Under the pieces are notes generated by a model. The model searched no databases, was not told the DNA's origin, and saw nothing but the letters and a program-made list of their open reading frames with translations. A stretch of 41,336 nucleotides of DNA, from contig JYNZ01000003.1 of assembly GCA_001567355.1 (NCBI GenBank), positions 136,655 through 177,990 on the forward strand. Direction: 5' to 3'. Positions 18,549 to 27,381 of the stretch are shown piece after piece; position 1 is the first letter of the stretch; each line of letters begins with the position of its first letter. The translations under genes were made by a program, and so were the position numbers. This DNA comes from a candidate division WS6 bacterium OLB20 (GTDB lineage Bacteria > Patescibacteriota > Dojkabacteria > B142 > OLB20).

Positions 18549-20492
18549 ATGCATTCAACAGAAATTCGCAAGCGGTTCTTTGACTTTATGATTTCACCGC
18601 CACGTAATCATACCGAGATTGAAAACGTCTCACTGGTTCCGGTCAACGACCCGACAATTCTTTTTACTAATTCAGGAATGTTCCCGCTGGTGCCGTACCT
18701 GCTTGGAGAGGAGCACCCGCTCGGAACCCGGCTGTGCAACTTTCAGCGCTGCCTGCGTACATCTCTTGAAGAAATTGAAGAGATCGGCGACAACAGACAT
18801 ACACTGATGTTTGAAATGATGGGCAACTGGTCCCTGGGTGACTATTTTAAAGAAACCCAGATCAAGAACGTACTGAAACTCTACGTTAAGGAATTCGGAC
18901 TTGATCCCAACAGGATCTATGTGACGGTGTTTGCCGGCGACGATGATGCACCGCGCGACGATGAATCGATTAAATACTGGAAGGAAGCCTTTGCTGAATA
19001 TGGTGTTGATGCGGAATTCACTGAAGATATCTACAATATTCCGTCACTTGAAAACTTTGACAAGGAGCACAAGTTCCGTATCTTTCCCTATCCCAAGAAG
19101 AAAAACTGGTGGCAGCGCGGTAATGCTGTCGGTGAGCTCGGCGGACCTGACACAGAAATATTTTACGACCGTGGTGTCGTCGAAGTGCCGGAACCGGACG
19201 GAAAGGATCACGTAAACTCTGACAGCGGAAGGTTTATCGAAGTAGGAAACAGTGTTTTCATTCAGTACCGGCTCAATGAGCAGTTACAGTGGGAGGAGAT
19301 AGAACAGAAGAATGTCGACTTCGGCGGCGGATTTGAGCGGGTTGTCATGCTTGCCCAGAACAAGGATGACATTTTTGAAACAGACCTGTTTGAAGAAATC
19401 CTCAGCGAACTGGAGAGCATCACCGGCTTCGGCTACAAAGAGACAGAAGGCCTAAGCGAGGAGGAGCAGAAAAAGGTCACCCGCAGTTTCAGGATCATTG
19501 CAGACCACATCCGCGGCTCTGTCTTTATCCTGGGAGATGGCGTAAAGCCTGCCAATAAGGATCAGGGATACATTCTTCGCAGTCTCATCAGGCGGATGGT
19601 CAGGCGTGCCAGGATGATCGACCTGACTGCAAACTTTACAGCACGCATGGCACAGATTGTGATCAACAAATACAGGGAGTACTACCCGCAGCTGGGTGAG
19701 AATGAGGCAATGATCACGGACGAGATAGAAAAAGAAGAAATACGATTCAGCAGCACACTCGAAAAAGGACTGAAGGAGCTGCAGAAGTTTACCGGAATGG
19801 GTATCAAGATTGACGGCAAAACCGCGTTTTTCATCTATGAAACATATGGTTTCCCGATCGAAATGATCATAGAAGAGATAAAATCATCTTCTGTCAATGA
19901 TCCCGGGGATCTGACAGAGGCTGATGTAGAGCGTATAACGGCAGATTTCAAGGCCGAGCAGGATAAACACAGAGAAGAAAGCCGAGCAGGTGCAGAACAG
20001 AAGTTTAAGGGTGGACTGGCTGACCACAGCCGTGAAACGACCATGTTACACACTGCTCATCACATTCTGCTCGCTGCTTTGCAGAGTGTGCTTGGTAAGC
20101 ATGTTAAGCAGCGTGGCAGCAACATTACCGGTGAACGTCTGCGAATTGATATTTCACACAGTGATAAAATTACTGCTGCTGAAATTGCCGAAGTTGAGGA
20201 GATCGTGAACAAGGTAATCAGTGAGGGGTACACAGTCGAAAAAAAGACCATGCCCAAAGCAAAGGCTGAGGAGATTGGGGCAGAGATGGAATTCGGTCAG
20301 AAATATGGCGACCTGGTCAATGTGTACTTTATCAAAAACCCGCAAACCGGCGAGATCTTTTCTGCTGAGTTCTGCGGTGGCCCGCATGTCGACAACACAG
20401 GTGAGCTTGCCGGCATGGGTACTTTTAAGATATTGAAAGAACAGAGTAACGGTTCGGGCGTGCGCAGGATCAAGGCAACACTCGTTACATGA
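18549..20492 (+). CDS. alaS: Alanyl-tRNA synthetase, short form with editing domain but no C-Ala domain
   Basis: DPTILFTNSGM, FEMMGNWSLGDYFK, GGPDTEIF, DFGGGFER, IIADHIR, editing motifs HTAHH and EFCGGPHV, ending at GVRRIKATLVT. ATG at 18549. Confidence 0.96.
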   Translation: MHSTEIRKRFFDFMISPPRNHTEIENVSLVPVNDPTILFTNSGMFPLVPYLLGEEHPLGTRLCNFQRCLRTSLEEIEEIGDNRHTLMFEMMGNWSLGDYFKETQIKNVLKLYVKEFGLDPNRIYVTVFAGDDDAPRDDESIKYWKEAFAEYGVDAEFTEDIYNIPSLENFDKEHKFRIFPYPKKKNWWQRGNAVGELGGPDTEIFYDRGVVEVPEPDGKDHVNSDSGRFIEVGNSVFIQYRLNEQLQWEEIEQKNVDFGGGFERVVMLAQNKDDIFETDLFEEILSELESITGFGYKETEGLSEEEQKKVTRSFRIIADHIRGSVFILGDGVKPANKDQGYILRSLIRRMVRRARMIDLTANFTARMAQIVINKYREYYPQLGENEAMITDEIEKEEIRFSSTLEKGLKELQKFTGMGIKIDGKTAFFIYETYGFPIEMIIEEIKSSSVNDPGDLTEADVERITADFKAEQDKHREESRAGAEQKFKGGLADHSRETTMLHTAHHILLAALQSVLGKHVKQRGSNITGERLRIDISHSDKITAAEIAEVEEIVNKVISEGYTVEKKTMPKAKAEEIGAEMEFGQKYGDLVNVYFIKNPQTGEIFSAEFCGGPHVDNTGELAGMGTFKILKEQSNGSGVRRIKATLVT

Positions 20493-21094
20493 CAAAAGCA
20501 CCACGGTTTACAAATGGCGAGCTGGCACGAAAGGCGCTTCACATCTCTTTTGGCACGGTTCTGTTGCTGACGCTCCACCTGCAGGTGTTTGAATACTGGC
20601 ATTATCTCGTGCTGCTTGTTGCAGGACTGACCCTGTCACTGACGATTAAGTTCCTTGAGGGGTTTCCGCAGATAGCAAAGCTGATTGCACCCTTTGACAA
20701 AGACGACTACCTGCCGGCACAGGGTATGGTCTATTTTTACTGCACATTTGTCCTTCTGCTGACGCTGACACGATGGATGGAACTTCCCGACAGGTTTATT
20801 ATGCATCCTGTTCTGATGCTCACACTTGCGGATCCGGCATCGTTCTTTATCGGCAAGGGCTGGGGAAAGCGCCCGCTGCCCGTAAACAGACGCAAGACAG
20901 TCGAGGGAACACTGGCAGGTATGCTGGTAGCGTCTGTTGCGGGTCTGTTGTTTGTGTCTCCATTTGCAGCAGTCCTCATAGGATCACTGGCCATGATGAT
21001 GGATGTGGTTGATCTTAAGATCGGAAATCTGGAAATAGATGACAACCTGCTGATACCGCTTGCCGCATTTATTCTGTTACTCAGCACAGTATGA
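20489..21094 (+). CDS. CTP-dependent lipid kinase, dolichol/phytol kinase (SEC59/DGK1/VTE5) family
   Basis: ELARKALH, ADPASFFIGKGWG, KTVEGTLAG and IDDNLLIP; multiple TM helices. Confidence 0.85.
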   Translation: MTKAPRFTNGELARKALHISFGTVLLLTLHLQVFEYWHYLVLLVAGLTLSLTIKFLEGFPQIAKLIAPFDKDDYLPAQGMVYFYCTFVLLLTLTRWMELPDRFIMHPVLMLTLADPASFFIGKGWGKRPLPVNRRKTVEGTLAGMLVASVAGLLFVSPFAAVLIGSLAMMMDVVDLKIGNLEIDDNLLIPLAAFILLLSTV

Positions 21095-22143
21095 GCACTT
21101 TTCCGGACAATTTACTGGACAGCCTCAGCATTCGCAGAGAGGTTCCGCTTGCCCCGTTTACCACCTGGAAGGTGGGCGGACCCGCTGAGTACTATGCCGA
21201 AGCACCAGACAGAGATACGCTTGTAACACTTGTCCGTACAGCTGAGGAGCATGCTGTCGACGTTACCATTCTGGGCTGGGGCAGTAATGTGCTGATAGCC
21301 GATCGAGGAATCAGAGGCCTTGTTATCCGGAACAGATCAGCACAGATTGAGCCGCTTTCAGAATGTGAGTTTACACCGCGCAGGGAGGATTTTATCCGTC
21401 TGCAGCAGCTGGATACTGCAAAATACTACTCATTCAGTGATCTGGATTATCCCGAAGAACCCGGGCCCGGCATGCTTGTCTGGCTCGACAGCGGAGTATC
21501 ACTGGGCCTTGCGATCAACAAACTGATCAGCGACGGTCTTACAGGTCTGCAGTGGTTTTCCGGGATCCCGGGCACAATTGGTGGAGCTGTCTACAACAAC
21601 ATTCACGGCGGTTCACATTTCATCAGCGAGTACGTTCGAGCAGTTGAAGTATTTAAAGACGGAACGCTGTATCAGCTATCTGCGGACGAGCTCGATTTTG
21701 GCTATGACTACAGCAGGTTTCATTCATCAGGCGAGGTCATCGTCAGAGTTCAGATGTGTCTTGCCCGTGGAAACAGGGAGAAGGCGCGCGCAGCATCTGT
21801 CGCATGGGCACAAAAGAAAAAGCTGCAGCCGCACAACTCTGCAGGCTGCTGCTATGCAAACCTTTCTGAAGAAGAGAGAGAACGCCTTGGTCTTGAATCT
21901 ATCGGCTGGGGCTACATCATAGATCAGATCCTTAAGCTTAAAGGCACACAGCGGGGAGGAGCGGTAATCTCAGAGCATCACGCCGCCTTTATCGAAAATA
22001 CCGGTTCGGCGACAGCCGGGGATATTTTTTCGCTGCTGAAGCTTGTCTCAGATACTGCTAATGAAAAACTTGGCATCAGACCCCAGCTCGAAGTCTTTCT
22101 GCTTGGATTCACCCCTGAGGAACGTTCTCAGCTCATTTCCTGA
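21091..22143 (+). CDS. murB: UDP-N-acetylenolpyruvoylglucosamine reductase
   Basis: LAPFTTWKVGGPA, LGWGSNVL, GIPGTIGGAVYNN, FGYDYSRF, SAGC and SEHHAAFIEN. Confidence 0.95.
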   Translation: MSTFPDNLLDSLSIRREVPLAPFTTWKVGGPAEYYAEAPDRDTLVTLVRTAEEHAVDVTILGWGSNVLIADRGIRGLVIRNRSAQIEPLSECEFTPRREDFIRLQQLDTAKYYSFSDLDYPEEPGPGMLVWLDSGVSLGLAINKLISDGLTGLQWFSGIPGTIGGAVYNNIHGGSHFISEYVRAVEVFKDGTLYQLSADELDFGYDYSRFHSSGEVIVRVQMCLARGNREKARAASVAWAQKKKLQPHNSAGCCYANLSEEERERLGLESIGWGYIIDQILKLKGTQRGGAVISEHHAAFIENTGSATAGDIFSLLKLVSDTANEKLGIRPQLEVFLLGFTPEERSQLIS

Positions 22144-22296
22144 ACACAGCATCGCAAAGCAGGGTGTAAACGCCATGTGGAGCAGACACCTCAGTCCGGA
22201 GCGACCTGTAGTTATTTACCAACACGACGGGCAGCAGCCTGTAGTAAAACCCTTAACACTGTGACAGCTATCCGGTGCAGGTATGTACTCCATATG

Positions 22297-22326
22297 TAGA
22301 CAATGTCGGACAGAGTCTGTTATAAT
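22297..22326 (+). promoter_or_regulatory. Sigma70-type promoter of the toxin-antitoxin-like operon, with a palindrome in the spacer
   Basis: TAGACA (22297-22302), N18, TATAAT (22321-22326) with upstream TG; palindrome TGTCGGACA at 22304-22312; ATG 10 nt downstream. Confidence 0.7.
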
Positions 22327-22336
22327 TACCCCGCGC

Positions 22337-22591
22337 ATGAAAAACAATAAAACCACCAAAATCGCTGTACGACTGGAGCCCAAAGAAAAAAAGCTCCTGT
22401 TTTACTTTGCAACCAGACTGGGTCTGTCTCCGTCTGCACTGGTCAGAAACCAGATCAAATCAATGCTCTCGGAGCTTGAAGAAAAACTTGCAGACGCGCA
22501 CTACCTTAATGTCACCAACCTGAGCAATATGACAGGCCCGACATACTCTCAGGACGAGATTGAGAGCCTGTTTGAGGTAACTCATGACTGA
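22337..22591 (+). CDS. Ribbon-helix-helix (RelB/CopG-like) antitoxin or regulator
   Basis: TTKIAVRLEPKEKKLL...LGLSPSALVRNQI fits an RHH pattern; acidic C-terminus TYSQDEIESLF; overlaps a RelE-like gene. Confidence 0.7.
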   Translation: MKNNKTTKIAVRLEPKEKKLLFYFATRLGLSPSALVRNQIKSMLSELEEKLADAHYLNVTNLSNMTGPTYSQDEIESLFEVTHD

Positions 22592-22838
22592 AATCACCTA
22601 TACCTCCAAAGCAAAAGACGACCTTGCACGGATTCACTGGCGCACCAGAGAACGCATCATAAGTATGCTGGCCGGTATCTACGGAAAAAACCCCGTCAAG
22701 GTGGGGTTTAAGCAGGTATCAGACACTGAATTAATGAAACTGTACGTTGAGGATCACGTTATCCTCGGCAAGGTGGAGGAGAGGCAACTGAGCATTATCA
22801 CCGTCCAGAAACGGCAACCGATCCGCATTCCTGAATAA
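22584..22838 (+). CDS. RelE/ParE-fold protein with degenerate catalytic positions
   Basis: 84 aa; EITYTSKAKDDLARI...RERII N-terminus and a beta-rich C-terminus ending IITVQKR; position directly downstream of an RHH gene. Confidence 0.65.
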   Translation: MTEITYTSKAKDDLARIHWRTRERIISMLAGIYGKNPVKVGFKQVSDTELMKLYVEDHVILGKVEERQLSIITVQKRQPIRIPE

Positions 22839-22844
22839 GCGTCT

Positions 22845-23021
22845 TCAGGATTTGTATCTCTCGACCTGCAGCTCTACCCAGGTGACAGGGTCACCCTGAT
22901 CGAAGCTCTTGGCTTCTTCCCAGACACGGGTAAGGAAATCTTCCACATCAGCAGCAGGACCGAGCATGCGCTTCCAGTCAGTATGACTGAACATGAGGAG
23001 GTAACAAGCCAGCTCTGTCAT
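22845..23021 (-). CDS. Small hypothetical protein (58 aa), absent from the ORF track
   Basis: ATG at 23021 to TGA at 22845 reads MTELACYLLMFSHTDWKRMLGPAADVEDFLTRVWEEAKSFDQGDPVTWVELQVERYKS. It fills the gap and has an upstream TGG-TATAAT (23044-23049, minus strand). Confidence 0.6.
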   Translation of the reverse strand: MTELACYLLMFSHTDWKRMLGPAADVEDFLTRVWEEAKSFDQGDPVTWVELQVERYKS

Positions 23022-23110
23022 TGCACGGTATTAATATATACCTATTATACCATCGATCACCCTGTTTTCTCAAGGGTACACCCAGACGAGAGTGTGCTAT
23101 ACTTTTGCTG

Positions 23111-24070
23111 ATGAATACTCCCACAGCAGCTACGAAACCGACACAACACATGCTTCTTGATTTTCACCGCAACCGGACACGTCTTGCTGTGTTTCTTACA
23201 GTGGTAACGCTCACAACACTTGCCATTATCCCTGCAGTAAAATTTGTAGGTCCCGACGATCTACCCGCCCCGGCAGCCACTGAAACCCTTGTATTTGAAT
23301 GGGAAAACCTGCCCACACTCAGACTTGGTCACTACGCGCTCTGGGCACAGCATGACGACACAACTGCATTACTCAAGCGCTTTAACCGGTCCGGCGACAC
23401 ACTGGTGAGCCTGAACGGCGAACCGCTTACAACCTGGCAGGTCTCAGTTCCAGCCGGCAGTACAGAACTATTCGTTACAATCGAGGCTGAGGGCGACCGT
23501 GATGAAAACCCCAATCTAGAGATGATGCGCGCCCCCATCACCGGGGATACAGCAGTAATGAAATTCACCGATATGACGGAAGCAGCTGGTTCAGTAATCC
23601 TTGCAACCCCGACTGATGGCAACAGCCAGATCAATGAGCGCAGCGGTTTCTGGTTTACCGGACCCCAGGCGCAACAGACTTCTCTGACACTTCCCGAGCT
23701 GCCTGACGGGTTTCGCTGGCAGTCAAGGGTTACAAACAGCAGCGTTGAAGTTACCACCGGCATGTTTGAGACGGCAGCAGGTCCTGATGACCTGTCAAAA
23801 TACTCAGAGACAGGGGCTCCCGGATTTTCATTTCCTGGCGAAGACATGCTGCAGAATCTGCCCGAGGGACTGCTGCCGCCACTCAATCTGGCAAACGGAA
23901 CCTACACCATTATTGTGTCTGCAGAGCCATACAGCAGCGGGGATTTCACCGGCGAGACCGTCTTCGTGGTGGTTCTTGCCGTCACAGTGCCTGATACTGC
24001 AGAAGCACGCTCAGGGATTGAGCTCGTAAACACAGCCCGTGTGCCAGCACTGACAATTCGCATTGAATAA
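23111..24070 (+). CDS. Membrane-anchored protein with two RskA/'anti-sigma factor'-like extracellular repeats
   Basis: TM helix; HYALWA...LFVTIEAEGDRD; ILATPTDG..NERSGFWF; LPELPDGFRW; FPGEDML. ATG at 23111 lies 7 nt after TGC-TATACT. Confidence 0.6.
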   Translation: MNTPTAATKPTQHMLLDFHRNRTRLAVFLTVVTLTTLAIIPAVKFVGPDDLPAPAATETLVFEWENLPTLRLGHYALWAQHDDTTALLKRFNRSGDTLVSLNGEPLTTWQVSVPAGSTELFVTIEAEGDRDENPNLEMMRAPITGDTAVMKFTDMTEAAGSVILATPTDGNSQINERSGFWFTGPQAQQTSLTLPELPDGFRWQSRVTNSSVEVTTGMFETAAGPDDLSKYSETGAPGFSFPGEDMLQNLPEGLLPPLNLANGTYTIIVSAEPYSSGDFTGETVFVVVLAVTVPDTAEARSGIELVNTARVPALTIRIE

Positions 24071-24100
24071 GCCGGCTCGAACAGGCTATACTGACAATTC

Positions 24101-25864
24101 ATGGCAATCCGAATACTTCCAAAAGACGTAATCAATAAGATAGCTGCAGGCGAGGTAATCGAACGTCCGGCCTCGGTAATTAAAGAGGCAATCGAAAATT
24201 CCATCGATGCAGGTGCTACACGAATCGACATCAGCATCGAAGCCGGAGGAATGCAGCTGATCGAAATCCGGGATAACGGCAGTGGAATGAACGAACAGGA
24301 CGCCGCACTGGCTTTTGTGCAACATGCGACTTCAAAGCTTGCAACACAATCTGACCTGGAAGAGATCCTGACACTGGGTTTCAGAGGCGAGGCACTGGCC
24401 AGTATCGCAAGCGTAGCAGATAACCGGCTCCACACGTTTGACGGCACAACAGGGCCGGTGATTGTTACAGCAAAGGACTCCGAGGTAGAGGTAAACCCCG
24501 GCCAGGCAAGATCCCAGGGCACAACACTGACTGTCCGTAATATTTTCGGGTCGATCCCCGCACGCAAAAAATTTCTGCGCTCGGAAAACACAGAATACCG
24601 TCACATACATGACACTGTAACCGCTGCTGCACTGGCACATCCTGCTATCGGATTCAGCCTGCAGCGTGATGGTCGTGAAGCACTGTCTGTCCAACAGGGA
24701 CAGACCCCTGCAGAACGTCTCGGCTCGCTTTTCTCAAACATTGATCCTGCCAAAATGCTGCCAATTCATTATGATGGCCCCGGCATTTCTGTCAGCGGAT
24801 TTGTAAGCCATCCCGAACTCACCGGCAGGCGAAGCGGGGTTGAATATACTTTTCTGAACAGACGGACCATCAGAGATAAGCTTATCAGCAAAGCAGTGCG
24901 GGACGGTTTCCAGACAAGCATACCGGGTGACCACAAACCGCAGTTTGTCGTCTTTATTGATATTGACCCTGCGCAGGTTGATGTAAACGTCCATCCCCGC
25001 AAGTCAGAGGTCCGGTTTACAGAACCCGGGCGTATTTTCACAGCGGTGAGAACAGCAGTTGCAGGATCTCTTGAGAATGCGCTGCAGAATCAGTTCCGGT
25101 CAAGACTCGCAGAAGACAGAAGCCCGCAGACATCCTCCTGGCGGCCACAGACACAAGATTCAGCTCAGGTGCAGCCAGTAGCGGCAGCACCTCGTTCTTT
25201 TTCTGCATCGATCTACAGCCAGACGCAGCATCCCCGATACGAAGGGCCTGCTCTGACGCTGCTCGACAGCACCAAAGACTATCAGCCATTCGAAGCAGTC
25301 CAGGTGCTGCGCACCTACATTGTATTTGAGCGAGCAGGCAGCATGCTTGTTGTCGATCAGCACGCCGCGGATGAGCGTGTGAAGTTTGAACAGATATCAC
25401 GACAGCTTGCAGATGAAACCCCTGAGACCCAGAGTCTGCTGCTTCCGCTTGAACTCGATCTCGGCTCAACCGAAAAAGCGATTCTTGCTGAACATATTGA
25501 GCGGATTCAAACGTTCGGCTTTCAGATCTCTGAGGATGCCGGTGGACAGTATCTTCTTTACGAAGTACCTGCCCTCCTGCGCGAGGGTACAGGAGAAGCT
25601 GTTATCAAAGAGATTATCTCGGGTATTGCCGAAAGCGATGGAGAAGGGGACACCGCGTTTCATGCTGCGCGGGAACACAGCATCGCCACAATGGCCTGTC
25701 ACGGCAGCATCCGGGCCGGAAGAAAACTGCAGCCTCAGGAGATGCAGAAGCTGCTGACCGATCTGTTTGCCTGTGAGCTGCCGTACTCCTGTCCTCACGG
25801 CCGCCCGATAATCCGTGAGTATACGCAGGCAGAGCTCGAAAAGGAATTTATGAGAAGAGTATGA
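24101..25864 (+). CDS. mutL: DNA mismatch repair protein MutL (endonuclease type)
   Basis: NKIAAGEVIERPASVIKE, HATSK, GFRGEALASI, VDVNVHPRKSEV, DQHAADER, ACH and CPHGRP. Confidence 0.97.
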   Translation: MAIRILPKDVINKIAAGEVIERPASVIKEAIENSIDAGATRIDISIEAGGMQLIEIRDNGSGMNEQDAALAFVQHATSKLATQSDLEEILTLGFRGEALASIASVADNRLHTFDGTTGPVIVTAKDSEVEVNPGQARSQGTTLTVRNIFGSIPARKKFLRSENTEYRHIHDTVTAAALAHPAIGFSLQRDGREALSVQQGQTPAERLGSLFSNIDPAKMLPIHYDGPGISVSGFVSHPELTGRRSGVEYTFLNRRTIRDKLISKAVRDGFQTSIPGDHKPQFVVFIDIDPAQVDVNVHPRKSEVRFTEPGRIFTAVRTAVAGSLENALQNQFRSRLAEDRSPQTSSWRPQTQDSAQVQPVAAAPRSFSASIYSQTQHPRYEGPALTLLDSTKDYQPFEAVQVLRTYIVFERAGSMLVVDQHAADERVKFEQISRQLADETPETQSLLLPLELDLGSTEKAILAEHIERIQTFGFQISEDAGGQYLLYEVPALLREGTGEAVIKEIISGIAESDGEGDTAFHAAREHSIATMACHGSIRAGRKLQPQEMQKLLTDLFACELPYSCPHGRPIIREYTQAELEKEFMRRV

Positions 25865-26358
25865 ACGAACGCGGCAAACAACTGCTGTTTGGAACCATAG
25901 TACTTGCGGTACCGCTTGTCAGTGTTTGCTCTCTGGCTGCACTTCAGACCGTCAGTGATACCCGCTACATAAGCCCCGCAGTTGTTCCGCAGCCTGAAGA
26001 GCGTATTACTGTGACCTTTCCTGACTCGGGATACTCTGTCAGTGCGGAGATCGCAGACACCACGAGTGAGCGAAGCACAGGCCTGATGTTCAGGCAGACG
26101 CTGCCGGAAGGGACAGGAATGCTGTTTGTCTTTCCCGATGAACGTCCACGCAGTTTCTGGATGCGAAACACCTATGTACCGCTGGATATTATCTTTATCT
26201 CAGCAGAGAAGAGGATAGTACGGATCCACGAAAACGCCACACCATTGCAGGAGCAGCCCACTTACGATTCTGGCCTTGCAGCGCAATACGTTCTTGAGGT
26301 ACCTGCAGGGACCTCCGCCTCACACTCTATCCGTACAGGAGATGTGATCAGTTTCTGA
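25861..26358 (+). CDS. DUF192 family protein
   Basis: AEIADT..ERSTGLMFR..L.EGTGMLFVF, FWMRNTYVPLDIIF and YVLEVPAG. Confidence 0.92.
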   Translation: MNERGKQLLFGTIVLAVPLVSVCSLAALQTVSDTRYISPAVVPQPEERITVTFPDSGYSVSAEIADTTSERSTGLMFRQTLPEGTGMLFVFPDERPRSFWMRNTYVPLDIIFISAEKRIVRIHENATPLQEQPTYDSGLAAQYVLEVPAGTSASHSIRTGDVISF

Positions 26359-26583
26359 AATATTTGATCAGTCTGCCTGATTTTTCCAACATTTTTATCG
26401 AGAAAATTCAGCGGTTTTCAGGGGCCCTTGGTATGCATTGCCGGAGTAGTGCACAAAACGTACAACTTTATACAACACACATTCCTCTCCTGTTCACATC
26501 TCTTGACTGCCTGTCAGATATTCTGCTAAATTGTAAGCACAATTAAATACAGAAAAAGCAGTAAAAATAGTTAAAAGTGCAAG

Positions 26584-26615
26584 CAAGAATACTCCGCAAG
26601 GAGTATTCTTGTTTT
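26584..26615 (+). terminator. Intrinsic terminator-like hairpin
   Basis: Perfect 12-bp stem CAAGAATACTCC-GCAA-GGAGTATTCTTG with a GNRA loop, followed by TTTT. Confidence 0.75.
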
Positions 26616-26640
26616 ATACAGCGAAAGTGTTTGTTTCGTG

Positions 26641-26670
26641 TAGACACTCCCCATACATCATCAATATAAT
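26641..26670 (+). promoter_or_regulatory. Putative clpP promoter
   Basis: TAGACA-N18-TATAAT, 29 nt upstream of the clpP ATG; same layout as the promoter at 22297. Confidence 0.6.
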
Positions 26671-26699
26671 AGGGCATACCTGTTAAACGCGTTTCACGC

Positions 26700-27338
26700 A
26701 TGAGTTCATACTTAATTCCCACAGTTATCGAAAAGAGCAGAGATGGTGAGCGTGCATACGACATCTATTCACGCCTGCTTAAGGACAGGATAATCTTCCT
26801 GGGCACCGGCATCGACGACCAGGTCGCCAACGCGGTCATTGCCCAGCTTCTATTTCTGGAGAAAGAGGACCAGGAGAAGGACATAACCATGTACATCAAT
26901 TCTCCCGGGGGCGTAATATACTCGGGACTGGCGATTCTCGATACGATGTCATATATAAAGCCCGATGTCAGAACGGTTGCAATCGGGACTGCAGCCTCAT
27001 TCGGCACAGTCATACTGTCCGCAGGAGCTAAAGGAAAGCGCTTTGCGCTGCCAAATACCATGGTGCACATGCATCAGCCTCTGGTCTCGGGAGGCATTGG
27101 CGGACAGGCAAGCGATATTGAAATCGAAGCAAGGGAGATCCTGCGTCTCAAGGAACTGCTGACCAATATCCTTGCAGAAAATACCGGACAGACTCATGAC
27201 CAGATTACAAAAGACTCGGACCGGGACAAACACATGACAGCAGACGAAGCATTGAAGTACGGACTGATTGATAAGATCATCAAAAACGGGACGAATCAGG
27301 TGACTGATTGCAGTCTGAGGCGGTACCTACTACAATGA
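26700..27338 (+). CDS. clpP: ATP-dependent Clp protease proteolytic subunit
   Basis: [30 protein letters not shown] (catalytic Ser), HQP and DRD. The C-terminal tail may be altered by an A-run error. Confidence 0.97.
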   Translation: MSSYLIPTVIEKSRDGERAYDIYSRLLKDRIIFLGTGIDDQVANAVIAQLLFLEKEDQEKDITMYINSPGGVIYSGLAILDTMSYIKPDVRTVAIGTAASFGTVILSAGAKGKRFALPNTMVHMHQPLVSGGIGGQASDIEIEAREILRLKELLTNILAENTGQTHDQITKDSDRDKHMTADEALKYGLIDKIIKNGTNQVTDCSLRRYLLQ

Positions 27339-27381
27339 AGCATCACGGACCGCAGTAGTTTTATTTTATATTCAGTTATTC

